Below are positions 1 to 9,452 of a stretch of DNA of 20,000 nt, one piece after another. The DNA lies in the IMG/VR virus record IMGVR_UViG_3300030060_002428; one strand, given 5' to 3'. The notes beneath the pieces are model-generated. The model did no database searches. It saw nothing but the letters and a program-made list of their open reading frames with translations, and was not told the DNA's origin. The DNA is from an uncultured virus (IMG/VR IMGVR_UViG_3300030060_002428). Its lineage: Duplodnaviria; Heunggongvirae; Uroviricota; Caudoviricetes; Crassvirales. A program made the translations under genes and the position numbers. Position 1 is the stretch's first letter; each line of letters starts with the position of its first letter.

Positions 1-3000
1 TGGTAATTTCATACCAAGAGAATTGGCTATGCTGTTAAGCATTACTGTGCCAGAAGAATTAGTTGCTAGCACTCCACGGTTTTGCATTACCTCGCGTGCT
101 GTCATTACTTGGCCTAGAATTTCTGACTTTTCTGCAAAGTTGTGCGCCATATCTCTAAACTGGTACAGGCTAGTTGCAATATCTCTAGATATGTCTTTAG
201 CAGGCACAACGTTTGTATAGTATACAGGAACTTTTTTATCTAATTCTCCTGTAAGACTATTGTAATTACCAAACATGTCATCTGTCTCCATGGGAGTTGT
301 TGCTTCTGCAAGTATATCTTTTGCAGTTTTAAATACTCCTTGTTCTTTTAGCCTGTCAATATCTTTCTTTCTAATAGTAGGCATTAAGTACGAGTGCGTA
401 TCCCATGAGTTTTTATCCATTCTATTAGTGCCTATCAGATCATGGGCAACCTTAAATTCTTTTCTAACAAAGTCATAATACTTTTTGAGTCGTGGATCGT
501 TTTGGATCTTTTTATACTTTTCGTTAGCATATATTGACTCTTTAGGCTGTGACCACTCTCCTCTAGGCTTACCCGTAGAGGTAAGATTGTTTCTTTTTAT
601 ATTTTTTAGCTGCTGTATTCTAGTTTCGATCATTATTACAGCATCCTCTTTACCTTTATCCTGCGCGTTCTTTTTGTATTTTTCTTGCTTAGCAATAGCT
701 CTTTCAAGTTTAGCTAGTTCTGTTTTCCAGGTAGGGCTAGGCTCATGATTTTTTTCGTACCATGTATCTCGTTCTGCATTGTACCTAGTTACAGTGTTTC
801 TATTGTTTAGCCATTTCTTAGCAGCTGTATCGTATTCGCCCTCTGTTTTAAAGTCTCTACGCAAAGGTTTGCCGTACTTCTGAGCAAGAGTAGTAAACAT
901 TTCTCTTTCTGCAGCTCTTGCTTTATTTAAATCTAAAGGCTGCACAAGGCTTAGTGCTTTTATTCTTTGGCGTTTACCGTCTTTCCAGCTATCTATTTCT
1001 ACTTCTTCTAGCAGATCTTCGTTAAGTTTTTGTACATCTGCTTCATTTTGCCCTTTTGCAAATTCTGTATAGGCTTCATTAAGCTCAGGCTTAAAGTCTA
1101 AGTCTCTTTCGTTTTTTCTAATGTTTGCGCTGTCAATAAGCTTAGCTAGCATTTGTATAGACTGCTCGTTAGAGTACATGATAGGGTCAAAGTAAAAAGC
1201 AAATGCACTTTTATCTTCGTATGCAGACTCTAGTTCTCTGACTAAAGCACCTCTTCCAGGTATCATTTTTTCTTGTAGCTGCTGTACTGCTAAGTCTAGT
1301 CTAGCCTGTTCAAATTCTTCTTGACTTATCTGCTCACTATCTAGACGGTCTTGTAACTCAATATATCTTCTATCATTTTTCTTTAGATGATTTCTCCAAC
1401 GGCCGTGCTCTTTAATATTATCTATATGCTCTTGTATTTTAGCATCTATTTTTGTGTTATGGAATGGCTGTAACGCAGCTGCTACCATGGGTATAATATC
1501 TTTCTTGTAGTTATACTCCATGTCTTCAACCTCTTCGATAATGTCAAAGATCCTTTCTTCCATATTAGCCAAACGTTCTGTATCAAGACGCGGTCTTGCT
1601 TGACCAGTTTTTTTGATTTTTCTTTGTTTAGCTCTTACAATATTTTTAAGCTGCTTTATAGTATCCATTGCATCAATGGTCTTTTTCAGCTCATACATGC
1701 GAGCCATGTTGGCCGGCGATGCTGCTTCTTCTGGACTTTGCTTAGATAGAGCCACTAGTCTATCGTACTCAGCACGTGCTTTTGATATAGTTTCTGCAGA
1801 TGCTGCTACAAACTTGGATAAGTCTTCTACTTTCTTTACGTTAGACAGTGTAACTTTTAGTACTTCTTGTCTATCTAACGCTTTTTCTTTTGCTTTTTGC
1901 TGCTCTTCAGTAGCCTCAGGTAAGTTTCTAATAGCTCTAAGCTCTGACTCTACTTGAATCTTTGCTTGGTTTACTAGGTCAGTTAAGTTTTGCTCGCCTC
2001 TACTTTGCTGCGCATAAGAGCTTAGGGGGTTGATCATTGCAGATGCCCTGAGCTCGTTAGCAAACATTTCCTGCGCTAAGGTAGCTGCTGTTGCAGGTGT
2101 AGATTTAATCCCTAGCTTGTTAAGCATGTTAGAGAAAGCTCTAAATATTTTGTTAAGCAGAACTTGTATAGGGTTAGGATTCTTTCTAGTAATCTTAGCT
2201 CCCTCTAAGCCTATTGCTGTAGCCAGTACCTCTTTGTCTAGCCTTTCGCCCTGTAGGTCTGGATACTTTTCTGCTACTTGTGTATACAGGTCAGTTCCCT
2301 TTAATTGTGCTATTGCGCTAGCGACTGCAGGGTTTCCAGTTCCTAGCAGATCAATGTACACGTGACCAAACTCGTGGTACACTGTGTCGTCTGCCATCAT
2401 ATCAGGATTAAACTTTATAGTAACAGGCTCTCCTATCTCATGCGGTTGTACTTCTCCTAATACGTCTAGGCTTGGGTCCATTACAACATCTATCTCTACG
2501 CCTACCTTAGAGAATGCATTCTTTAGGTGCGTAATCTTTTGCTGGTTTCGGATTTCTGTGTCTTTTTGTCCTTGAGATATTCTACTTTGGTCTGATGTAT
2601 TTTCAGCTCTAGCCATCTCATCTAGCTGGTAGTCTTGTGCAAACGCACTAGTTTCCCTGCTACGCATGTACTCATCAATATCTCGACGTGTCTGGTATGT
2701 TGCATCAGCATTTGCTTCGCCGTCCTGTGGTATAGACTGCAGTACTGACTCGTTAATAGCTGCTCCAAACAGTCTATTTGTAGGAGAGTATTGTGTAGGC
2801 TCTGTCTTTTTAATAAAGTTATAGTCTACTAGGCCTGGATACTTACTGTTAATACGGTCAAGCTCTTTTAGCTGAGTATTAACACCTTTACCTTGCACGA
2901 CATATAGGTTACCGTCGTTACGGCGTAGTATACTATTGTCACGTAGTATCTCATATACTCTTTCAGCACTCTTCTTTTCTGGAGCTGTATTATCAAAGTA

Positions 3001-3060
3001 GCCGTACAGTTCTGTGTACAGTTTACTTTCTTTTCCGTCTACAAAATATTTACAAGGCAT
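1..3060 (-). CDS. Giant virion cargo protein with an N-proximal zincin-like metallopeptidase domain (crAss-like RNAP-adjacent protein); 3'-truncated, >=1020 aa
   Basis: Not in the ORF track because it runs off the window. Manual translation: ATG at 3060-3058 overlaps the RNAP stop (TAATG), and I found no in-frame stop down to position 1. It begins MPCKYFVDGKESKLYTELYGYF and has DTVYHEFGHVYIDLL (HExxH at 2376-2362, aa 229-233) with a downstream KEVLA glutamate (aa 277), followed by a long helical, charged region. Confidence 0.9.
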   Translation of the reverse strand, partial: MPCKYFVDGKESKLYTELYGYFDNTAPEKKSAERVYEILRDNSILRRNDGNLYVVQGKGVNTQLKELDRINSKYPGLVDYNFIKKTEPTQYSPTNRLFGAAINESVLQSIPQDGEANADATYQTRRDIDEYMRSRETSAFAQDYQLDEMARAENTSDQSRISQGQKDTEIRNQQKITHLKNAFSKVGVEIDVVMDPSLDVLGEVQPHEIGEPVTIKFNPDMMADDTVYHEFGHVYIDLLGTGNPAVASAIAQLKGTDLYTQVAEKYPDLQGERLDKEVLATAIGLEGAKITRKNPNPIQVLLNKIFRAFSNMLNKLGIKSTPATAATLAQEMFANELRASAMINPLSSYAQQSRGEQNLTDLVNQAKIQVESELRAIRNLPEATEEQQKAKEKALDRQEVLKVTLSNVKKVEDLSKFVAASAETISKARAEYDRLVALSKQSPEEAASPANMARMYELKKTIDAMDTIKQLKNIVRAKQRKIKKTGQARPRLDTERLANMEERIFDIIEEVEDMEYNYKKDIIPMVAAALQPFHNTKIDAKIQEHIDNIKEHGRWRNHLKKNDRRYIELQDRLDSEQISQEEFEQARLDLAVQQLQEKMIPGRGALVRELESAYEDKSAFAFYFDPIMYSNEQSIQMLAKLIDSANIRKNERDLDFKPELNEAYTEFAKGQNEADVQKLNEDLLEEVEIDSWKDGKRQRIKALSLVQPLDLNKARAAEREMFTTLAQKYGKPLRRDFKTEGEYDTAAKKWLNNRNTVTRYNAERDTWYEKNHEPSPTWKTELAKLERAIAKQEKYKKNAQDKGKEDAVIMIETRIQQLKNIKRNNLTSTGKPRGEWSQPKESIYANEKYKKIQNDPRLKKYYDFVRKEFKVAHDLIGTNRMDKNSWDTHSYLMPTIRKKDIDRLKEQGVFKTAKDILAEATTPMETDDMFGNYNSLTGELDKKVPVYYTNVVPAKDISRDIATSLYQFRDMAHNFAEKSEILGQVMTAREVMQNRGVLATNSSGTVMLNSIANSLGMKLP
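2230..2376 (-). other. Zincin-like metal-binding site (HEFGH plus distal Glu)
   Basis: Translation gives H229-E-F-G-H233 and E277 in DKEVLATAIG, preceded by beta-strand-like segments (VEIDVVMD, LGEV, VTIKFNPD). Confidence 0.8.
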
Positions 3061-6000
3061 TATGCTTTACAAAGTTTTAATGGTTGTTCTACACTCTCAG
3101 GCATTATTATGTCTTTAGCTGTTGGTTCAGATACATAGTTGGCTCCAGGCAGATCTGTTGTACCTTCGCTAGGTATAATGCTATCCATAGAATCTTTAGA
3201 CGATAGTATTTCATGCATTTTATTAGGAACACCTAGAGGCTGTAGCCTTTTGTAGTTGCCTACGAATGGATTAGCACTTTCTCTAACATACATAATAGGT
3301 CCTTCAGTAGGGTGGTAAGTTACGAAATATGCTGCAAATCCTTTATTTTTTGTGTGAACAGCTGTTTTCTTAGACATTGGTACACTGTTAGGTATGCCAG
3401 GAGTCTTAGTTCCAGGCATTCCTTTGTACCTAACTACAGGTAGTATGTTTCTGCCTCCAGGCTTTGCAGTACCAAAGCTTCTTACGAACTCCTGCACAAA
3501 GTCTTGGAAGGTTTCGTTTAGCAAAGTTGTTTCTGCATTGTTTGCAAAGAACTCTACAGGTGTAAGCGCTATAGGACTATCACTTAGAATGTTTGTAGTA
3601 AACGCTTCTACAGGTATTAGATCAATATACGCACCAGGTCCTGGAGCAAATCCGTTTGTTAGTAGCTGGTTTGCTACTATCATTTTACCTAGCTGTTTAA
3701 TTTCTGCAGCTTCTTGCGCATTGTCTCTATCATTTGCATAGTCTTCAGGCCTAGTCAACAAAAGAAGTAGATCGTTAGATAGCCTATTCTTATCATGCGC
3801 AGTTAAATCAGTAGAGTTATCAAACTTTACTTTAAACACTTTTGCATTTAGATCATTGTTAGCTGGATCTTCTTGTAAAGATTCTACAAACGAGTTTCTT
3901 GATAGGCCAGGATACTTTTCTTTTAGAGTAGTTAATCTAGCTGCTATATTGTTTGGTCCTGTGTACATTGCACGTGCTGCTTGCTCTGACATTAGTGGAG
4001 CTAACGGGCTGTTACGGTCTGCCATCATTTTTAAGAACAAGGCTTTGTCTATAAACTTATGCTGAGCAGGAGTAAGCGTGTCAATGTTTAGATCCTGTTT
4101 TAGTATTTGCTTAAATGTAAAGAATGCGGGCCTATTGTTAATTAGCCCTGCAGTTTCCGCAGTGTTTAATGCTGTTTGAAGTATACCACGGTACGCAATA
4201 GATATGGGGTATACAGCTCTTATGCCTACAACATTTTCTAGCGCCGATGATACAAATTCAGTTCCTCCTTTAATAAGAGACGACTCTGGATCTCTAAAGA
4301 ATGCATCTTCTCTTTCTAGGTGTGCAGCAATAGCTGACATCTCATTAACATTCTCTAGTGTGTCTGGAGTTATTAGCTGATTTAACGTTTGTAGTTGTCT
4401 ACCTACTTCAAAGAATTGCTTAAAGTTGCCAAGGTATGCAAGTTGTTCTGCAGGAATATTATATTCTTCTACTGCCATTGCTGTCCCAACCGCCGACGCT
4501 TCTAACTTAGCACTGCTCATAGGAGATATTAATTCAGGCACTACTCCTTTATATTTATTAGCTACAGTGTTTATTGCTTTAGACATTCTATTCAGTCCGT
4601 AGCCTTTAACCTTAGATTCTTCTATTACCTCCTGTATTATAGGCTGTGATAAGAAGTGTACTACATCTTGCACTGGCACACCTACGCTTAGCATAAATCC
4701 AGCTACAGGCACAGTGTATAAGTTATCATTAATATCTACTTGTACAGGCTTTTTAGCTGCGTCTACTGCAGCAGATAGGTATAACGATATGTTTTGGTCT
4801 ACGTATGTACCATCTACTGCCTGTATCATGCCTAGCATGTTTAGAGATTCTCCATTAAGATTAAGAGCAATTTTACTTTGCAGAGGATTGTTTGATAATA
4901 CATTGTGCCCTGACAAGAAGTTAGCCCATAGACCAGTTAGTCTTTGTCCAGATTTATTTCTTTCCTCTTGTGTAAGCTCTACGAGTGGGTGGTTTCTATC
5001 TTCAATAGTGCCTACTCTGCGCAAGTTTGCTCCTAGTTCGTACAGTTTAGGGTCATCTAGAGGGTTAAGCACCTCTCGTAGGTGTGTAGGAGATGTAATT
5101 ATACTGTCCATTAGACTATATAATGCTGTATCCCTTTCTTGCCTGTTCATTTTAGACGGATTTTTTGCAAAGTCTACACCTATGCGCTGCATTTTACCAT
5201 CTACTACTTCTGTCTCAGGCTGTATAATGTACATTTTATCAATATCAAAGTCAGATCCCATCTGCACTGTAACTCCTCCAGGCACCATAATAGCTTTCTC
5301 ATGGCTTTCAGGTAGGAAGCCTACAACCTTTATTGGCAGTGACGAGTTCTTACCTTGGTTAGGTACACGGTACCCAATTACTTCTAGAACTTTCGGATCT
5401 ACATCTGCAATGTTTGTTCCAGGAGGTAGCCCTAAGGTACTAGCTTTAATTCTAACCTCTGCTCTATTAGTCCCGTCGTACATTCTTAGCTCTCCGTCTA
5501 CACCGTGCCCGCCTGCTTCTGCTATTTGCACTAGCTCTTTACCTTTAATCATTTGATTAAAAATATCTTGCTTTACAGTGCTTAGTAGTATCTGCTCAAA
5601 CTTAGCTTGGTAGTTAGGGAAAGATAGAGGCACTCTAAATCTCCAGTCGTACCTACCGTTTGGTACAATGTCTAGACCTTTTAGGTAGTTGGCAGGCAGC
5701 TCTCTGTCTTTTACTTGTTGTGCAAGTCTGTCTCTTACCTTTTTTAAGTGGTCAAGTTTTGCATCAGCATACTCCTGTGTATCACGCTCAGCTTTTTGCA
5801 AACGCGTAATGCCCATACTTTTATTAAAGTTGTTAGTATCTTCTAAAATATTTTCTGATACAATGTCTTGGAATCTTGCAAACACTTCTGCGCCTTTCAT
5901 TGTCTGCCCATCTACATTATAGTTAGCATCTGCAACAATGTTAGCAATAATGTTTTTTCTAATTTGCCTAGACATTAGAATTTTCTCTGCCTTTTTCTTT

Positions 6001-9000
6001 GTTATAATCTGAGGCAGGCGCAATCCTTTAGAGTTCATTATAGTAACGTTAGACGTATCTAGCTCTGCTTGATTTTGTAAATCCTGTACACCCTTTCTTG
6101 CTCCCTTAGTAGCACTTCGTGTATTAATAACATGCACTTTGCCGCCTTCCATTGCGTTGTGCATTTTTCGTAGCTCTGGAAACTCGTTTGCTATTTCGTT
6201 TGTAACAATTGTGTATGAATTTTTATCCATAGACAATGTCATCGTACCATTTCTAAGTGTAAGCTCTTCGTGGTAAGGCTTAATAGGATAGATAGACACA
6301 GGGTTGCCATTATCATCTACCCATCCCAGCCCAGCTTTATCATTTGCATAAGCTTGGTTGTCTCTTTCGCCCCATTGCCCCATTCCCTGCATTATACCAC
6401 GGTACATTTCTGTGCTAATAAAAGACTGCGCATCAGTTTTATTAACACTTCTATACTTATCAGCTATATCATTAGCTACTTCTACGCTGTTACCTGCTGC
6501 AATTAAATTGTCTTGAATTCTATCAGCAACTTCAGCAGCTCTCGTTGGATCTACAAAGTCAAAGTCTGCTACTGTAACTGTGTTGTAATGAGACATCATA
6601 CCATATGTAGGATCGCCTTTAGCTTCTCCTGCAATTAGTAATTTTTGCCCTGGCGTTGTAACTAGCGCCATACGTTTATAGAAGTCTGCAGTATTTTTTG
6701 TAAATCCAAACCCGCCTCTTAACAATTTAGCTGCTTCTATACGCCCAACAAAGTCATTAAAGACAAAGCTTTTTACAAAGTCTTTTCTAGTAGACATGTC
6801 AGTATGCACCTCTTCTTTTAATGTAATGTCAAACTTTTCTATCTGCGCAGTAACATCGTCTTCGTATTTGTTAAGTTTATCTTTAACTTGCTCTACAAGA
6901 CTATTAAGCCTAGCTTCAAAATGTTGACCTTCAGGGCTGATTCTATATCTTTCATTGCCTGATACATAATTTTCTACTTGACTTGCAAGAGTTTTAAGAC
7001 CTTCTATACTGGTAGGACTTCCGGGCATATACTCTTCTTGCAAGTTTAAGCCTTCTATCTGAGCCATTGTAAAGGCTCCGCCGTCTCTTGCAGTAGGGTT
7101 AGATCCTTTTTTGTAATGGTACCCTTCTATAAGTTTTGAGACATCTCCTGTTCTTACAGCTGTTGCAACCTGCTTAGCTGCTTGGTCTAGCCTAGCTAAG
7201 TCTTGTAGTATTAGCCCTTTGATTATATCTTCTTTAGATACTCCTGCAGCTTGTTGGTTATCATATCTAGGCTGGATCATAAAGTCTAGATTTCTACCAG
7301 GCATTGTAGGTATAGCTATTCTAGTTAACGATGCATTATTGTTATTTGCAAAAGCATTTAGCCTTACAATAAGCGATGACCTAGATGACTGCTCGTCGTA
7401 GTCACTTATGTTACCGTTAGCTTCTTTTAAAGAGTCTAAAGATCTTATTCCTTCTTCTTCAAACGCTTCTCTAAAGGTAGGACTATTTAAAAGGCGTGTT
7501 ACTAAAACAGACTGGTGGCGGAAATCACGCCCTGGATTATACAAAGGGTCTTGTAGCATTGTCTGCAAAAGCTCGTTACCTTGCTTAGACTTTATATTTA
7601 ACACTACCTCGTCTAAAGTTGTTGGTAGGTTTACAGGGTAATACGATTTGTTTGTACCACTTATAAAAGATCCTATGTACTTACTGTCAAACAGAGGAGC
7701 TATGGAAGCTATCTTGTTTATAGTTGACCCCTCTTTTGTGTAAATGTTTTTATTTTGCCTAGCTACTTCTCGTAAACTTGCTAGCGGTTTCTTTTTACCT
7801 CTGTACGATGGGTTAATATAGTTGTTAAATAACAACATTCCATTTGCAGGTCTACCACCTATAAATCCACCTATCGTAAAATACCTAGCTAGATTAGCTT
7901 TTGTAGTTTCTAAGGTAGGTCCGTACTGCATTCCTAAACTCCACAAGTAATCTCCTAAGGCATCTACTGCCTCGCTAGGTACTGGATCATTAGGTCTAAG
8001 ATTTGCAGTAGACCTTTCTAGTCGCTCCCAAGCATTGTCAGCAGCTGCTAGCTTTTCTGGGATTACTTCCAAATTACCTTCTGCATCTTCTTTGTATAGA
8101 GCCCTAGGATTAGGAGCCTGCCTCTCAATAGAGTTATTGTTGTATCTAGTACGGTAACGACGTGCTGTATCGTTCTCGTTAGGGTTAGACATTTTAGTAG
8201 TAACCTTTACATTGCCCTCTGCATCTATCCCGCGTTCTATTCTAAATAAAAGAAACTGCTTGTAAGCTAGCGCAAAGTTAGAGAATATTGCTGCTTGCTG
8301 CCTAGGCTCTAGCCCTCGTAGTCGTTCTACTATAGGAGTAAGTTCTGGTTTGTATTTAGCTCGCTGCTCTAATTCTGCTAGCATAGCTGGAAAGCTTGAC
8401 TGCTCTGCTGTAGCTTGCGCTAGTTCTCCATACACCATATCAATAGGCATATCAGTCTGGTAGCCTTGGCCTAATAGTTTTTTTAGTATAGAATTTGGGT
8501 TATCGTACTTGATTCCCGCAAGAGCGCTTTTAGCTTCAGCTGATAAACGATCTCTAGGATTTTCTTGTAGTCTTGCCACACTGTATATACGTACAGGGGT
8601 CTCATCCATTTCTACTAACATCTCCCCTTCGCTAGTCATCTTCATTCCATGGTTAGCCAAGCGGTCTTGTATTTTATCTCTCCACCCTACAGTTTCAATG
8701 TTACCTGTAGCTTCATTAATTTGACTGTTCCATCTGTCGTAGACGTCAAAGAATACTATTTGTCCTGCAGGTGTAAGTGTCACTCCTTCAGGTAAGTTAT
8801 TTAGTAGGGCATTAAAGTCTCTACCGCTTTCTTTCCAGATATTGTACAGGTCTACTGCTGTGTTAAGATCTTCTGGAGATCTGCTAAGGCCATCGAAGCT
8901 TTCACCTAATAGCATTTTTGCAAGTGTGCCGTTATCTATAGGCCTGCCTTTAGCATCTAGACCAGGGTTAAAGAAATCATTTACACTATCAGGGTTTCTA

Positions 9001-9452
9001 AAAAACTCTGGATTTTGCTTACGTGCTTCAGACACAAATGTAGATGCAATGTCTAGTATCTCTGTTTCTAGCGCTGGATCAACTAAGTTTTGTGCTTGTG
9101 TTACAGCGATACTTTGTGCATCTACTCTTGCTTTTGCAGCTACTCCTGCTTTTGTAACAGTTAGCAGATCACCGTTAGTGTTCATCCACTCTACCTTACC
9201 ATTGCCGTATATAAGTTTAGGCTCACCATTGTCATCAGTAAACAGGCTATCAGCAGCGTTAGGATTAGAATTCCATTTCATACCAAACCAGTCTGTAAAC
9301 TCTTTAGTTTGTGTATACGCATACATTTCGTAAGCGTCCTGATTACCAACTATTGTTGCTAGCTCTTTATAAAGCTGAGAAGGTTTACCGTTAGGAGCGT
9401 TTACTCCAACAACAGCACCTGTCTTTTTATCTCTTATTATTTTACACGCCAT
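3060..9452 (-). CDS. Virion-packaged single-chain two-barrel (DPBB) DNA-dependent RNA polymerase, crAss-like/phi14:2 gp66 type, 2130 aa
   Basis: The catalytic loop GSDFDIDK (DFDID at 5252-5238, aa 1401-1405) is preceded by GYRVPNQGKNS (RxP, R at 5369-5367) and followed by VDAAK (4766-4752). Upstream are first-barrel-like motifs TDAQSF, IKP, DKNS and SATKG. DFDID in place of cellular DFDGD, the size and the context match crAss-like virion RNAPs. Confidence 0.93.
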   Translation of the reverse strand: MACKIIRDKKTGAVVGVNAPNGKPSQLYKELATIVGNQDAYEMYAYTQTKEFTDWFGMKWNSNPNAADSLFTDDNGEPKLIYGNGKVEWMNTNGDLLTVTKAGVAAKARVDAQSIAVTQAQNLVDPALETEILDIASTFVSEARKQNPEFFRNPDSVNDFFNPGLDAKGRPIDNGTLAKMLLGESFDGLSRSPEDLNTAVDLYNIWKESGRDFNALLNNLPEGVTLTPAGQIVFFDVYDRWNSQINEATGNIETVGWRDKIQDRLANHGMKMTSEGEMLVEMDETPVRIYSVARLQENPRDRLSAEAKSALAGIKYDNPNSILKKLLGQGYQTDMPIDMVYGELAQATAEQSSFPAMLAELEQRAKYKPELTPIVERLRGLEPRQQAAIFSNFALAYKQFLLFRIERGIDAEGNVKVTTKMSNPNENDTARRYRTRYNNNSIERQAPNPRALYKEDAEGNLEVIPEKLAAADNAWERLERSTANLRPNDPVPSEAVDALGDYLWSLGMQYGPTLETTKANLARYFTIGGFIGGRPANGMLLFNNYINPSYRGKKKPLASLREVARQNKNIYTKEGSTINKIASIAPLFDSKYIGSFISGTNKSYYPVNLPTTLDEVVLNIKSKQGNELLQTMLQDPLYNPGRDFRHQSVLVTRLLNSPTFREAFEEEGIRSLDSLKEANGNISDYDEQSSRSSLIVRLNAFANNNNASLTRIAIPTMPGRNLDFMIQPRYDNQQAAGVSKEDIIKGLILQDLARLDQAAKQVATAVRTGDVSKLIEGYHYKKGSNPTARDGGAFTMAQIEGLNLQEEYMPGSPTSIEGLKTLASQVENYVSGNERYRISPEGQHFEARLNSLVEQVKDKLNKYEDDVTAQIEKFDITLKEEVHTDMSTRKDFVKSFVFNDFVGRIEAAKLLRGGFGFTKNTADFYKRMALVTTPGQKLLIAGEAKGDPTYGMMSHYNTVTVADFDFVDPTRAAEVADRIQDNLIAAGNSVEVANDIADKYRSVNKTDAQSFISTEMYRGIMQGMGQWGERDNQAYANDKAGLGWVDDNGNPVSIYPIKPYHEELTLRNGTMTLSMDKNSYTIVTNEIANEFPELRKMHNAMEGGKVHVINTRSATKGARKGVQDLQNQAELDTSNVTIMNSKGLRLPQIITKKKAEKILMSRQIRKNIIANIVADANYNVDGQTMKGAEVFARFQDIVSENILEDTNNFNKSMGITRLQKAERDTQEYADAKLDHLKKVRDRLAQQVKDRELPANYLKGLDIVPNGRYDWRFRVPLSFPNYQAKFEQILLSTVKQDIFNQMIKGKELVQIAEAGGHGVDGELRMYDGTNRAEVRIKASTLGLPPGTNIADVDPKVLEVIGYRVPNQGKNSSLPIKVVGFLPESHEKAIMVPGGVTVQMGSDFDIDKMYIIQPETEVVDGKMQRIGVDFAKNPSKMNRQERDTALYSLMDSIITSPTHLREVLNPLDDPKLYELGANLRRVGTIEDRNHPLVELTQEERNKSGQRLTGLWANFLSGHNVLSNNPLQSKIALNLNGESLNMLGMIQAVDGTYVDQNISLYLSAAVDAAKKPVQVDINDNLYTVPVAGFMLSVGVPVQDVVHFLSQPIIQEVIEESKVKGYGLNRMSKAINTVANKYKGVVPELISPMSSAKLEASAVGTAMAVEEYNIPAEQLAYLGNFKQFFEVGRQLQTLNQLITPDTLENVNEMSAIAAHLEREDAFFRDPESSLIKGGTEFVSSALENVVGIRAVYPISIAYRGILQTALNTAETAGLINNRPAFFTFKQILKQDLNIDTLTPAQHKFIDKALFLKMMADRNSPLAPLMSEQAARAMYTGPNNIAARLTTLKEKYPGLSRNSFVESLQEDPANNDLNAKVFKVKFDNSTDLTAHDKNRLSNDLLLLLTRPEDYANDRDNAQEAAEIKQLGKMIVANQLLTNGFAPGPGAYIDLIPVEAFTTNILSDSPIALTPVEFFANNAETTLLNETFQDFVQEFVRSFGTAKPGGRNILPVVRYKGMPGTKTPGIPNSVPMSKKTAVHTKNKGFAAYFVTYHPTEGPIMYVRESANPFVGNYKRLQPLGVPNKMHEILSSKDSMDSIIPSEGTTDLPGANYVSEPTAKDIIMPESVEQPLKLCKA
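5238..5252 (-). other. RNAP catalytic Mg-binding motif DFDID
   Basis: Minus strand GAC TTT GAT ATT GAT, in frame within the 2130-aa ORF, 39 aa after the RxP arginine. Confidence 0.93.

Noticed and set aside
6549..6566. Second Asp-rich motif DFDFVD in the RNAP
   Set aside because: It lacks DxDxD spacing and the upstream RxP context. The catalytic loop is DFDID at 5238-5252.
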